From the human T2T-CHM13v2.0 reference genome, Homo sapiens: a stretch of DNA of 64,000 nucleotides. The stretch lies in NCBI RefSeq assembly GCF_009914755.1, contig NC_060925.1. One strand, written 5' to 3'. Made by a program: the position numbers and the translations under genes. Shown piece by piece: positions 1-23,848 of this stretch. The notes under the pieces are model-generated. The model was given only the letters and a program-made list of their open reading frames with translations. It was not told the DNA's origin and ran no database searches. Position 1 is the first letter of the stretch. Each line of letters starts with the position of its first letter.

Positions 1-1396
<1,396 letters not shown>

Positions 1397-1696
1397 ATGA
1401 CTTGCTTTTTCATGCAACTTTGTGTATCTAAGATTTATTCATCCTTGCTGGTATAGGTAGCTATAGTTTATTCATTTTCACTACTACCTAACAGTGAGAA
1501 TCCACGGGTCAAAACATGTAAAGTGCTTAAAACATTGCCTGGCGGAAAGAGAGCACTTAACAAATGTTTGCTATTATTACAATCATTTTCCACTGTGTGA
1601 AAATGCCATCAGTTGTTCCTGCTGTTTAAAAACAATGGTGTCATGATTATTTCGGTCCCTGCTTGCTGCTGCACGTCTACAAGAGCCTCTGTACGC

Positions 1697-1914
1697 CTGT
1701 GCTGCCTAACATGGCAGCCACTAGCCATGTGGGGCTGTTCAAATGCAAATGAAAATTCAAGCTAAAAATCAAACAATGTGAAAAATCCAGTTCCTCAGTT
1801 ACACTGGCCAGTTCTCAAGGGCCCAGCAGCCACATGTGGCTGGTGGCTGCTGCAAGAAGACAATGGACGCAGAGTGCTCCCCTTGGCACAGCAAGTCCCA
1901 CTGGACAGAGTTGC
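1697..1914. mobile_element. MER3/MER33-type hAT-Charlie element
   Basis: gcagccactagccatgtgg...cagttcctcagttacactggcca...cagccacatgtggctggtggct...ggacag. Confidence 0.7.
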
Positions 1915-1921
1915 TTTGAAT

Positions 1922-2562
<641 letters not shown>

Positions 2563-3369
2563 GAGAGACACCCACGAGTAAAACTGCCTGGTATCAGATG
2601 TGTCCAAATGTTTTCCAGGATGTGCTAACTCACAATATTACATGTTTTGATGCATATTAATACTGCATAATACATTTTAAAGTAATTTAGGTTGCCCAGC
2701 TTTAATTTGGATAAAACTTCTCAGTTTTTGACTTGAGTTTACTGTGGAATAGCGAGGCAGTTCCACATCATCTGAACTGACATTAATGACAGTGACTGTG
2801 GTGTGCTTTCCTGACACAGGTCTCTCCATAGGTAAGTGCAGATTTCCTGCTTGTTGGTTGGTTGTTTTAGAGACAGGGTTTCCCTCTGTTGCCCAGGCTG
2901 GAATGCAATGATACAATCCTAGCTCTCAAAATAATCAATATTCTGAGTATTGACATTGGCTACTTTAATGAGTTCCACCAACAGGATATGGTGCCTCAAA
3001 TCCACCAGTACTTATTCAATTGCTAGTCAGGCTGGCTCCTTTACCTACAAGGACTTAAAAAACCAACTCGCCAGGTTGGTAGTTCAAGGTGGCAGGTGCA
3101 GTGTGGGCTTTGCAAAACTCAGGCAGACCTGGGTCTTCCACACCAGCCTTGCAACCGAGCCCATCACTGCAGAGCCTGCTGAGCCATCTGCAGGGTCAGC
3201 CAGTACGCCTACCTCAAGGGGCCATTTGTGCATTCAACCTAAAACTCTACTTTTAATAAGGAAGACGGATCGGACTGGAGCAAGACAGGGGCTACCACAG
3301 TACCTCTGATGAGATACAATGAGGGCTGAACTAGGCACTGTCCCAAGGAGACATTTAAGGGATTTTTAG

Positions 3370-3621
<252 letters not shown>

Positions 3622-4589
3622 TAGTCAAATGCATGCTACGGCACCATCACATACGAAGGTGCAGCTCCACCACTCGCTATCCTAAACTCAGCCTCTCTCA
3701 AACTCAAACAACCTCATCCGTTGCAGGGAAGGACCTCTCAGAATTGCCTCTCACATCCCAGTTCCTTTCTGCCCTGCTCCCTCCCACTCAATTCAGCTGG
3801 CTCTGTTACGCAAATCTACCTAAAACCCTGCTTTTATCAAGCTGAAGACACCCAACCAGGTTTCCCAGACAACCTCTCCAGTTAGGCTCTCCTAGGAATG
3901 GGCCAAATCCTTCCCAGTCTCTTTCCCCAAACCTTCATTCCCCTAGGAGATCATCTAAAATGGTCAAAAGGAACTTTACTTAAGAAATTTGAGGAGCAGG
4001 CCTGGTAGGTCACACCTGTAATCCCAGCACTTTGGGAGGCTGAGGTGGGTGGATCACCTGAGGTCAGGAGTTCGAGACCAGCCTGGCCAACACGGTGAAA
4101 TCCTGTCTCTACCAAAAATACAAAAATTAGCTGGGAGTGGTGGCGTGTGCCTGAGGTCCCGGCTACTTGGGAGCCTAAGGTGGGAGAATCACCTGAGCCT
4201 CGGATGTTAAGCCTGTAGTGAGCCATTATCATGCCACTGCACTCCAGCCTCTGTACTCTGGGCGACGGAGTGAGACCATGTCTAAAAATTTTTTTAAAAA
4301 TTTTTTTAAGGAATTTTTAAAGCAAAACATAAAAATATGAAAAATGGATGAACCCAACAAAGTATGGATTTGACTTCTGGATATCCAAAGTCACGTGCAG
4401 GGTTCTCAGCTGACAGCACTTTGCCCTCACTTTCCTCATCTGTGCCTTTGACAAACCCCAGCTTTAGGCTGGCCCTGCTGTTCTTTCGAAGTCTTCTTCC
4501 TAATCTGAGGATGGCCCCTCCTACACACGTCTCCCAGCTCTCAGGGGACCCTGCCCTTATATTGCAAATGTTTCCTTTGCTCCTTACGT

Positions 4590-5216
<627 letters not shown>

Positions 5217-5271
5217 CTAGGCGACAGAGCGAGACTCTGTCTCAAAAAAAAAAAAAAAGAGAAAATGGACA

Positions 5272-5674
5272 CTTGCCAAGCAGCGACTATCCACTTCTCC
5301 CCGCTGCACTCGGCCTTGGTGCCCACACTCAACGGCTCCGCTCCACTCGGCCTTGGTGCCCGCACTCAACGGCTCTGCTCCACTCGGCCTTGGTGCCCGC
5401 ACTCAACGGCTGGGTGTCCGGGCTGTCCCTGACGTTGGGTGACCTCTGGCTTTCTTGCCAAGCAGCGACTATCCACTTCTCCCCGCTGCACTCGGCCTTG
5501 GTGCCCGCACTCAACGGCTGGGTGTCCGGGCTGTCCCTGACGTTGGGTGACCTCTGGCTTTCTTGCCAAGCAGCGACTATCCACTTCTCTCTGCTCCACT
5601 CGGCCTTGGTGCCCGCACTCAACGGCTGGGTGTCCGGGCTGTCCCTGACGTTGGGTGACCTCTGGCTTTCTTGC
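5272..5674. repeat. Compound minisatellite: 108-bp unit x3, with a 37-bp subunit triplicated inside the first unit
   Basis: cagcgactatccacttct starts at 5281, 5463 and 5571 (spacings 182 = 108+2x37, and 108). Subunit cactcggccttggtgcccgcactcaacggct. Confidence 0.92.
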
Positions 5675-6121
5675 TTACTGGTCCAGGCTAGTTTCTGGAA
5701 TGAGCTCATACGTGTCTCTAATCAGCAGTTTTTTCGGGGTACCTTTTTTTTTCTTTTTTTTGGAGACAGAGTCTCGCTCTGTCACCCAGGCTGGAGTGCA
5801 GTGGCACAACCTCAGCTCACAGCATCCTCCACCTCCTGCGTTCAAGTGATTCCTGTGCCTCAGCCTCCCGAGTAGCTGGGACTACAGGTGCACACCACCA
5901 CGCCTGGCTAATTTTTGTATTTTTAGTAGAGACAGGGTTTCACCATGTTGGCCAGGCTGGTCTCAAACTCCTGACCTCAAGTGATCTCCTTGCCTCGGCC
6001 TCCCAAAGTGCTGGGATTACAGGTGTGAACCACTGCACCCGGCCTAGGATACCTTAAATATATGTAACAATAACCACAGACTCCAAGAGTTACGCTCTCG
6101 CAAGTTCCTCACTGACTACAG

Positions 6122-6300
6122 CAGTGGCTCTCAAATTCTAGTGTGCCAAAAATGGTCTGTGACGCTTGTTAAAAATGTGGTTTCCAAGCTCCATCCCCAG
6201 AAATTCTGACTTGGTGGTTCTAGGGGCAGAGCCCAGTGATCTGCATTTTGAGCAAGCACTGCCAGATGACTCCAACACAGACAGTCTGCAGACCTGGGAA
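6122..6300. mobile_element. MER5A-type DNA transposon
   Basis: cagtggctctcaaa...ccccagaaattctgactt...tctgcattttgagcaagc. Confidence 0.7.
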
Positions 6301-6683
6301 GGTGGCCCATTGGGGGTTTGCAAACCTAGCTGGCTGGTATGGATTTCTCAGGTGCCACTCCTGGAGGTACAGACTAGGCAGCTGAGCATGGAGCTCAGGA
6401 ACCTGCACTCTACACCAGGGCCCCAGGTGATCCAGACATAGCATTGGAAAACCCCATGCATCCATTCAGCCTAGCAATGGAAACCATGTGGACTCAAGTT
6501 GACTTCAATCCTGTGCTCCTCTATACCCCACGCCACACAAGCTGACCTGGTCACCTACCCTGGGAGGCCCTTCCAGTTCCCACCTCTGCTCCCACCTCTC
6601 CCCTCTCTTCACTGCCTATGCAAACTCCACCCACCCTTTACAGGACTCAAGCCCTGTAAACCACTGTAGAACCACTTCTGGGC

Positions 6684-7500
<817 letters not shown>

Positions 7501-7890
7501 TTAGCCCACACCATCGTTGCCTCTGTCACTTGGGGCTGAACTACAAGTTTCCTAGTATCCTTTGCCAATCTTGGTTTGGCCCTCTTACCCACATTATCAG
7601 TGGCTTTGAAAACAGGAACCAACTTTTACACTTTTTTTTATCATCTCTGGAAAACCTAGCATAGCTACCTAGTATTTAATCATTACTGATCCCAAACTCT
7701 TCCTGGGTGGTGTCTACATCCAAAATGGGTCCATTCAAGTCAATCACGGTTAATAAGAAGCACCTGTCCTAACATTCAGCTACTTACTTAAAATTGTTAC
7801 TCAATGCATTATTGCCTTCGATTAAGCTGAAGCATGTGAAATGTCATTTTTTTTTCAAATACCTTAATATTTCAACATTTAAAAAAATTG

Positions 7891-10440
<2,550 letters not shown>

Positions 10441-10689
10441 TCACCACCCTCCTCCTCAACATGGTGCGAAATTAAACTCAATGTCATCACCCAAATCAAT
10501 CTAAGATGAAAATAAGGCTCCAGGTCTAGCCTCTGTCTTATCCAAAAAATACTTAAGAAAGTCTGTAAGAAAATGCAACACTATAACGACTTTTGTAGAA
10601 AGATGAAAAAATATTTCTCACAAAATGTTAAGTGAAAAAATATTTTTAAAAGATTCTATTAGTAGTAATAACAGCAGCGGCAAATACTG

Positions 10690-10925
10690 TAGGTGGTAAT
10701 TACTGTACCACCCACTGTTTAAAGCTCTTCACACGTATGAATAAAGAAGCTAACATTCCCCCAAACCAATGAGGTCTGTGACATTAATGAGGTCTGTGAC
10801 ATCTTATCCTTTTACAAATGATGAAATGGAGGCACAGAAAGGGTAAGTAATTTGCCTAAGGCCACACAGCCAATAAGTAGCAGAGCTACGATTCACTCAC
10901 TGGTCCCTCGGCTCTAGGGTCTCTG
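10690..10925 (-). mobile_element. MIR
   Basis: ttttacaaatgatgaaatggaggcacagaaagggtaagtaatttgcctaaggccacacagc. Confidence 0.75.
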
Positions 10926-10957
10926 TTCCTGACCTCCCTTGCTCAGTCTCATAGGGT

Positions 10958-11655
10958 CCTGTTCTGTGCTGGGTGGCACCATGGGGGCGGGGTTGTCCTG
11001 GACGGCACCATGGGGGCGGGGTTCTGTGTTCGGTAGCACCATAGGGATGGGGTTCTATGTTGGGCAAGATCATGGGGGCGGGGTTCTGTGCTGGGCGGCA
11101 CCATGGGGGCGGAGTTCTATGTTGGGCGGCACCATGGGGGCGGGATTCTGTGTTGGGCGGCACCATGGGGGCGGGATTCTGTGTTGGGCGGCACCGGGGG
11201 GCGGGGTTCTGTGCTGGGCGGCACCAGGGGGGCGGGGTTCTGTGTTGAGCGGCACAATGGGGGTGGGGTTCTGTGCTGGGTGGCACCATGGGGTTGGCGA
11301 TCTGTGTTGGGTGGCACCATGGGGGCGGGGTTCTGTGCTGGGTGGCACCATGGGGGCGGGGTTCTGTGCTGGGTGGCACCATGGGGGCGGGGTTCTGTGT
11401 TGGGTGACACCATGGGGGCAGGGTTCTGTGTTGGGTGGTATCATGGGGGCGGGGTTCTGTTAGGTGGCACCATGGGGGTGGGGTTCTGTGCTGGGTGGCA
11501 CCATGGGGGCGGGGTTGTGTTGGGTGGCATCATGGGGGCGGGGTTCTGTGTTGGGTGACACCATGGGGGCGGGGTTCTGTGTTAGGTGGCACTATGGGGG
11601 CGGGGTTCTGTGTTGGGTGGCACCACGGGGGTGGGGTTCTGTGTTGGGTGGCACC
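10958..11655. repeat. G-rich minisatellite, ~31-bp unit x ~22 (GGGTTCTGTGTTGGGTGGCACCATGGGGGCG)
   Basis: Directly visible tandem array; it generates the overlapping ORFs at 10897-11805. Confidence 0.95.
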
Positions 11656-11659
11656 AAAG

Positions 11660-11972
11660 CAACAGAAGAGGGAGGGAGGGAGGAAGCAACACAGGGAGAA
11701 AGTAAAGGAGAAAGGGAAAGAGGGAGGGAGGGAGGGAGGAAAAGGGGGAAGGAGGGAAGAAGGGATGGAAGGAGTGAGGGAGGGGGGAACAGAAGGAGGG
11801 AATGAGGGAGAGAGGGAGAAAGGGGAAAAGGGAGGGAGGGAGAGGGAGGGAGAGAGGAAGGAAAGGACAGAGGGAGGAAGCGAAGGAGGGAAGGAGAGAG
11901 AGAGGAAGGAAATGAGAGGGAGAGAGGGAGGGAGGAAGGGAGGGAAGGAAGGAGGGAGGGAGGTAAGGAGGG
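11660..11972 (+). repeat. Polypurine (GGA/GGAA/GGGA) low-complexity tract
   Basis: About 310 bp of almost exclusively G and A. Confidence 0.92.
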
Positions 11973-12059
11973 ATACGGCTGCAGGTCAGGTGCTCCCTCC
12001 CCCCCATGCAGCTGCCCACTCCTCCAGCAGAGGACCCCACGCTTCAGTCAAGGGGATCA

Positions 12060-12941
<882 letters not shown>

Positions 12942-13493
12942 CTATCCACTATGGCAAATACAACCAAGTTACCACTATAATTGGATTTAAATTGCTTTTC
13001 TATACAGTTAAAATACATATCACAACATATAATTTTTGTACATCAGTAAAAAAAACCTGAGAATCTCTAAAAAATAAACTTGTATAAGTATTATTTCATC
13101 TAGAATATCTTAAGTTTGAGAAATACACAATAAAATTAAATACAGTAAGAAAAAAATATTTCATTGATAAGACTTTTTCTTTCAAAGTTAACACTCGGCG
13201 TACATTTCATTTCCTACTTCCTTGTGAACTTCGTGCAGTTAAAGATGTAGCTACGTCATCGTAGCAGGCAGCTGTCCCGCCTGGGCTGGAGCCCTGCCTC
13301 TGCACCCCCCGACCAGCTACACGCCCAGAGCAATAGCTTAACTATTCTGTGCCTCCGCTTCCTGCCTTTAATGCAGAAAAGCGTATTTATTATCTTATGG
13401 TTATTGGGGATTAAATACAAATTTATATTTGTACAGTACTTAGAGTAGTGCCTGGGACATTGCTATGCATGCTTTATAAGTGCATGCATTATT

Positions 13494-15251
<1,758 letters not shown>

Positions 15252-15629
15252 TGCAGGAGAAGATCTGATCTGGAAAAATATGCGAAAACAACTCTTAAAA
15301 ATTAACTTTACAATGTCAACTCCAACTCTGAGGCAGAAAAAAGGTGGCGCAGCCCATTCTCTACCAGTTAAGGACCCAACGTGAAGCCAGAACAGCTCTG
15401 ACTTGGAAAATGCTATTAAGTGTTAGCAATGTACACGGTTATTACAGTATGAAAATCTCCAAAGCAATGCTACAGGTTTGTCTCTATAAAGACTGAGGCT
15501 ACAATCTCATGTCTTTAAAATTCACTGAAGGTAAAATCTATGCCAAAAGCATTCCTCTATAAAGACCGCTCAACTTCTTCAAGTAAGTCTTCTCAGGTCA
15601 TTGAAATCTAGGTAATGCAAGGAACCCCT

Positions 15630-15790
15630 GGCGCTGTGATTCTCCGGCTCCATGCCACTTGAGGACCAGCAACACCAGCAGTACCTAGGAGCAGGTGAGA
15701 AAGGCAGAATCTCAGGTCCTCCCAGACCCGCTGTCTCTACATTCCTCAGGTACTCCGTGTGCACCCTAGAGCCAGGGATGCACTGGTCTA
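15630..15790. mobile_element. MER5-type DNA transposon fragment
   Basis: gaccagcaacaccagcagtacctaggag...gcagaatctcaggtcctcccagaccc...cactggtcta. Confidence 0.55.
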
Positions 15791-16051
15791 GGAGTTATCT
15801 GGCTACATTAAGATAAAGAAAAAAATTATGCAATTAAATTAAACAGTTTGTTTTTCAACTATAAGAACAGGCCTTTTTGTCAGCTACCCCAACTATTAAA
15901 AGGAAAAAAAAACATGCTACAAAGGACGCTACAAATAACCCTCAGCTATGGAGACATTTTCAGAAACGCTCAGCATTACCCAAATGGGATGTGCAGAATG
16001 CTTCCTGACCAGGCCCGATTCATCAAGAGTCAATGAAAGCCCCGTTCCTAC

Positions 16052-16174
16052 CTGCAAATCGCAGAGGCGCATCTTTATCCAGCGCGATCAGTGGGGGGTC
16101 GAGGAGCACGGTGTTGTCGTTCTCTGTGACTATGCCGTGGTAGGTGGGCTCCAGCCAGGGCTTGTGCTTGTTAA
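16052..16174 (-). CDS. CLSTN1: Calsyntenin-1 coding exon 2 (123 nt, phase 1-1), start of the mature ectodomain / first cadherin domain
   Basis: Reverse complement reads ...ttttctcttgttttaaacacag|TT AAC AAG CAC AAG CCC TGG CTG GAG ... CGA TTT GCA G|gtagg, giving (V)NKHKPWLEPTYHGIVTENDNTVLLDPPLIALDKDAPLRFA, recognised as calsyntenin-1 just after the signal peptide. Canonical AG (16176-16175) and GT (16051-16050). Missing from the ORF track because it has no ATG. Confidence 0.97.
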
Positions 16175-16212
16175 CTGTGTTTAAAACAAGAGAAAAAAAT
16201 AGACAAGGTTAG
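16175..16212 (-). promoter_or_regulatory. CLSTN1: 3' splice site of CLSTN1 exon 2: branch point, polypyrimidine tract and AG
   Basis: Minus strand reads CTAACC (branch A near 16209, about 35 nt upstream), then a T/C-rich tract, then acag. Confidence 0.8.
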
Positions 16213-16525
16213 AAATATTATTTTCAACTCCACTACTTTTGAAGACACACACCTGCTATTAAAATAATAAAACTCTCATTAGGCTTGAAGACAGTGCTCA
16301 CAGTTCTGTCGCAAAATTTGGTATCAAGACCCAAATGAGATGAAATTCTAAATTCCAGAATAAGTAATGTTGAAATTATCTGAATCCATGAAGCAACCAG
16401 AAATAAGAAATAAATTGCTCTAGAAATCAAGGGAAAAAAAAAGACTGATGGCTACGGGAAGACTATCTCTGTTTTCAGCCTATCACTGAAAAGTTACAAA
16501 GAAAGGTATTTTCACTTCTTTATGA

Positions 16526-18072
<1,547 letters not shown>

Positions 18073-18699
18073 AACTGATCTCAAGTTCCTCGTTCGTAAA
18101 CCAGGGACACCCCCACCCTCCTCTCGGTGATGGCCCGGATCACTGGAGAAGTGCTATCTTGTCCCTTCTTGATTGGGACTCTACCAGAACTGCTACTTTT
18201 GCTTTTCTGGCCGCTGCTGACCTCACTTCCCTGAGAAGATGATCATTTAGCCCCTGTCTGCTTTGCTTTGCCTGGGGCTCGGCTCCTAAGTGTCGATGTC
18301 AGACGTCCTCCTGGTAGCCATGAATCCCTCCCTGAGCCCGCAGTATCTCCACACGCACACTGGGGGCCCTGTTCCACAGCTCAAATATTTCCATTTTCCT
18401 TTTATGTTCACCTTAAGAGGGTTAACAGCTTCCATTATAACCTCAGACTATGAATGAACCAGGGGACTCCTCGATTAAGCTGATCTGAAAAGATGGAAAG
18501 AAATGGCTTGAAAACGTTGTTTCCAAGTAGACGGGGCCTACTTATTGAATGAACCACTCAGGTTCTGTTAAGTGTGAGTCAATCCAGAAGGATCTTCGTG
18601 CAACATTCCAGGATGTGATGCTACCTCTGCTGTACCTGCACTTTCCCCAGAGTGGCACCCAGGGAGGGGGGTCACGCTCACGTGTAAGGCTCAGAGTAG

Positions 18700-19139
<440 letters not shown>

Positions 19140-19444
19140 TAAACCCAGACCCCGGGGAGTTGTTGTTTAATGGGTATAAAATTTCGGTTTTGTGAGATGA
19201 AAGGAATTTGGAGGTTGGTTGCACAATAGTGTGAATGTACTTGATGCTACTGAACTGAACGCTTCAAAATGGTAGACAGGAAAATTTTGCTGTAGTTTAC
19301 ATTTAAAAAAAAAAATCCACATACACACAAACTCAGACACAGCCATTTCTTACCTCCTTCCTGAAAGGTCACAAAAGCCAAGTAACAAGCCTCCCTGTCC
19401 TTATCCCGGCACTTACTCGGCAGCCAGAGGGAAGCTTCTACAAC

Positions 19445-20690
<1,246 letters not shown>

Positions 20691-21002
20691 TGAAAAGGTC
20701 CTTCCTGCTGCTCTCACCAACCTCGCTCTGTCCCTCTGTTCCAACACCTGGGGAGAAGACGGCAGGGGAGGGCACTGGAGCCCAGTGCCCAAAGGCCTGG
20801 GTGGGACCTGCCTGGGCTCCAAAGGGCCCGCGACCTCAGGGCCTTCGCTTCCTCATCTAGAAAATGGGGACAATAATAGTCCCCATCTCATAGGTCGTTG
20901 TGTGATTAAACATGCAATCACAGTTCATTACATATAAAATGTTCAGAAGAGTGTCTGGCACTCAGTAAGTATCAAAAGGTGGTGGTGTTATTTCTCCTCC
21001 CC

Positions 21003-21003
<1 letters not shown>

Positions 21004-21055
<52 letters not shown>
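21004..21055. repeat. (AC)26 microsatellite, which is (UG)26 in CLSTN1 pre-mRNA
   Basis: 52 nt of uninterrupted AC. Confidence 0.95.
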
Positions 21056-21058
<3 letters not shown>

Positions 21059-21698
21059 GACTGTGAGAAAGTGGCCTTTTCATTCTCTAATTCCCAGTAC
21101 CTGGAATTATGCTTAGCACACATGCAGGAACTATTTGGGAAATGAGTATATAAGAAACCTCAAATGCGCAAATCAGATCAGTTGCCCTGATTTATGAATT
21201 CTCTCATGGAGAAGATAGCTTTGGAGCTGGGAATTCAAAAGATACTGCGAAGGTGTTTTTTTTTATTTTTGTTTGTTTCTCCAGGTGGATGTTCTGAGCA
21301 AGAGAGCTAGAAAATCTAGAGACAACGCACGAAACCAACAGGTCAAAAGACATCAGTCTGGAAAAGGTTAAGTTATGGAAGGTTAGATTACAGAGGGACT
21401 TAATATGAAATCAAACCCAGACCATAAAGACCAAAAATAAAAGTGTCTTTGAAATCCGTCTTCTCCCCCCGTCCATAGGCTGCTCTGAAACAAGAGACTG
21501 GCTAAGAAGAGAATAAGGGGCCGGATGCGGTGGCTCACGCCTGTAATCTTAGCACTTTGGGAGGCCAAGGCGGGTGGATCACCTGAGGTCAGGAGTTCGA
21601 GACCAGCCTGGCCAACATGGTAAAACCCCGTCTGTACTAAAAAAAAAAAATTACAAAAATTAGCCGGGCGTGGTGGCAGGCAACTGTAATACCAGCTA

Positions 21699-21848
<150 letters not shown>

Positions 21849-22236
21849 CTATGGTACGGCACCTTTCTCCTGCGAGCCTCCCTGGAGCAGCAGGGGGTCT
21901 GCCGGCAGGAGGTATGTGTGAGGCTGTCTGTGGGAGCTTTACGCACAGACTGCACCAGCATCAGGTCTGAAACGGCTCTCTGAGAGAATAACTTGACTTT
22001 GCAATCAGGTTGAACACTTTATCTAACCACTGAAACTCAACATCCTCTCCAGATTATCTTTTTAAAAAAATTTTTAGGACGGGTGCAGTGGCTCATGCCT
22101 GTAATCCCAGCACCTTGGGAGGTCAAGGCAGGCCAATTACCTAAGGTGAGGAGCTCAAGACCAGCCTGGCCAACATAGTGAAACTCCGTCTCTACCAAAA
22201 ATACAAAAATTAGCCAGGCGTAATCCCAGCTACTCA

Positions 22237-22365
<129 letters not shown>

Positions 22366-23699
22366 TCAAAAAACAAAAAAAAAAGTTTTTTTAGTTGAGA
22401 TGAAGTCTTGCTATGTTGCCCACGCTGGTGTCAAACTCCTGAGCTCAAGCAATTCTCCCACCATGGCCTCCCAAAGTGCTGGGATTACAAGTGTGAGCTA
22501 CAACATCCAGCTCAGGTATCTATGAAAATAAACCATGCTATGATGTAGGCTGGAAGAAGCTTAGAGTTACAGATGTAAGATAGGCCATTTTAAAGAAAGG
22601 ACTCCAAAAACTCCATTGTTTGTTACCAATCTTTCACTTTCTTTTTTTTTTTGAGATGGAGTCTCACTCTGTGGTCCAGGCTGAAGTGCAATGAATGGTG
22701 CAATCTGGGCTCACTGCAACCTTTGCCTCTCAGGTTCAAGTGATTCTCCTGCCTCAGCCTCCTGAGTAGCTGGAATTACAGACGTGCATCACCACACTCG
22801 GCTAATTTTTTTGTATTTTAAGTAGAGATGGGGTTTCACCATGTTGGCCAGGCTGGTCTCGAACTTCAGACCTCAGGTGATCTGCCTGCATTGGCCTCCC
22901 AAAGTGCCAGGATTACAGGCATGAGCCACGGCATCCGGCCTCCAATCTTTCATTTTAAAGCAAAAATTGCTAGTTCAATTTGCCACTAATCAAATTAATA
23001 TTCGATTCCAATTTGGCTTCATACTTTAAGGTTTTATTAATAAAATTACAAGCACTATAAATACTAAAACTAAATATTCTTCTAATATTTGAGTCCATAA
23101 AACTCCTGAGACTTAAACTAAATGAATTTATGTCTTTATTTAGCCCAACGGGGATGTAAAAATACCAGGCAGAGCACATTACAGAAAACCCATGATGAGT
23201 AGTAACGTAAAATGTGTGTTTCTGCTGCCCAAATGGAAAGGCCTGCAGCTGAAATGGTTAAGGGTTCGGTGGAAAAATAACTGTGTAACTATGTTCCCAG
23301 TATTCCAATTTTATAATTCAAATTTTCTAAATCGCTCTTAAGCTGGCAGTAGAATGAGATCTGGCCAGTTCCAAACACTGAACTTTTAAATATTTAATGA
23401 GTGATATTTTTAATATTTCATCACATTCAATTTGCATCATAAAACATTTACAGAAACAAGTGACCGATGTTTCTGTCATCATCACAAAAAAATGGCAAAG
23501 ACAAGAGACTACTGGCTGCAAGTCTAGGAACGTGTCACCTATGTCGGAAGTCTATACCTGACTCATTTCATCACATTCTAGGAGGTTTTAAAAAACAAAC
23601 TAAACTGCTTCTCCTGCCTCCCTTGGCCTCAGCCATGGCGAGTAGCCGTGGCAGCGAATCCAAATGCGGTGCGGGAGACCATGGACAGGATGCTGAATA

Positions 23700-23848
23700 A
23701 ACTGTGTGTTGTGCACCTGCATCTTGACTTTGATCCATCACATGAGGTGTGGAATTTTCCACTGTGGTGTCATGTCGGTGCTTAAAAAGTTTCGGATTTT
23801 GGAGCATTTCACATTTCAGGTTTTGGGATTAAGAGTATCCAACCTGTA
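23700..23848 (+). mobile_element. Tigger4/MER46 (Zombi)-type DNA transposon fragment inside the MZT1 retrocopy
   Basis: ttttggagcatttc...ttttgggattaagagtatccaacctgta matches a Tigger4a/MER46 terminus. Only one end is present. Confidence 0.7.

Noticed and set aside
10768-10802. 18-bp tandem duplication aatgaggtctgtgacat(t)
   Set aside because: Real, but an ordinary slippage duplication within a MIR with no evident consequence.
10958-11655. CRISPR-like or SVA-VNTR-like appearance; partial CTCF resemblance of GCACCATGGGGGCG
   Set aside because: Eukaryotic DNA with no unique spacers; no SVA hexamer or SINE-R part; spacing deviates from the CTCF core.
15948-16184. 78-aa plus-strand ORF
   Set aside because: It is the antisense shadow of the real CLSTN1 exon 2.
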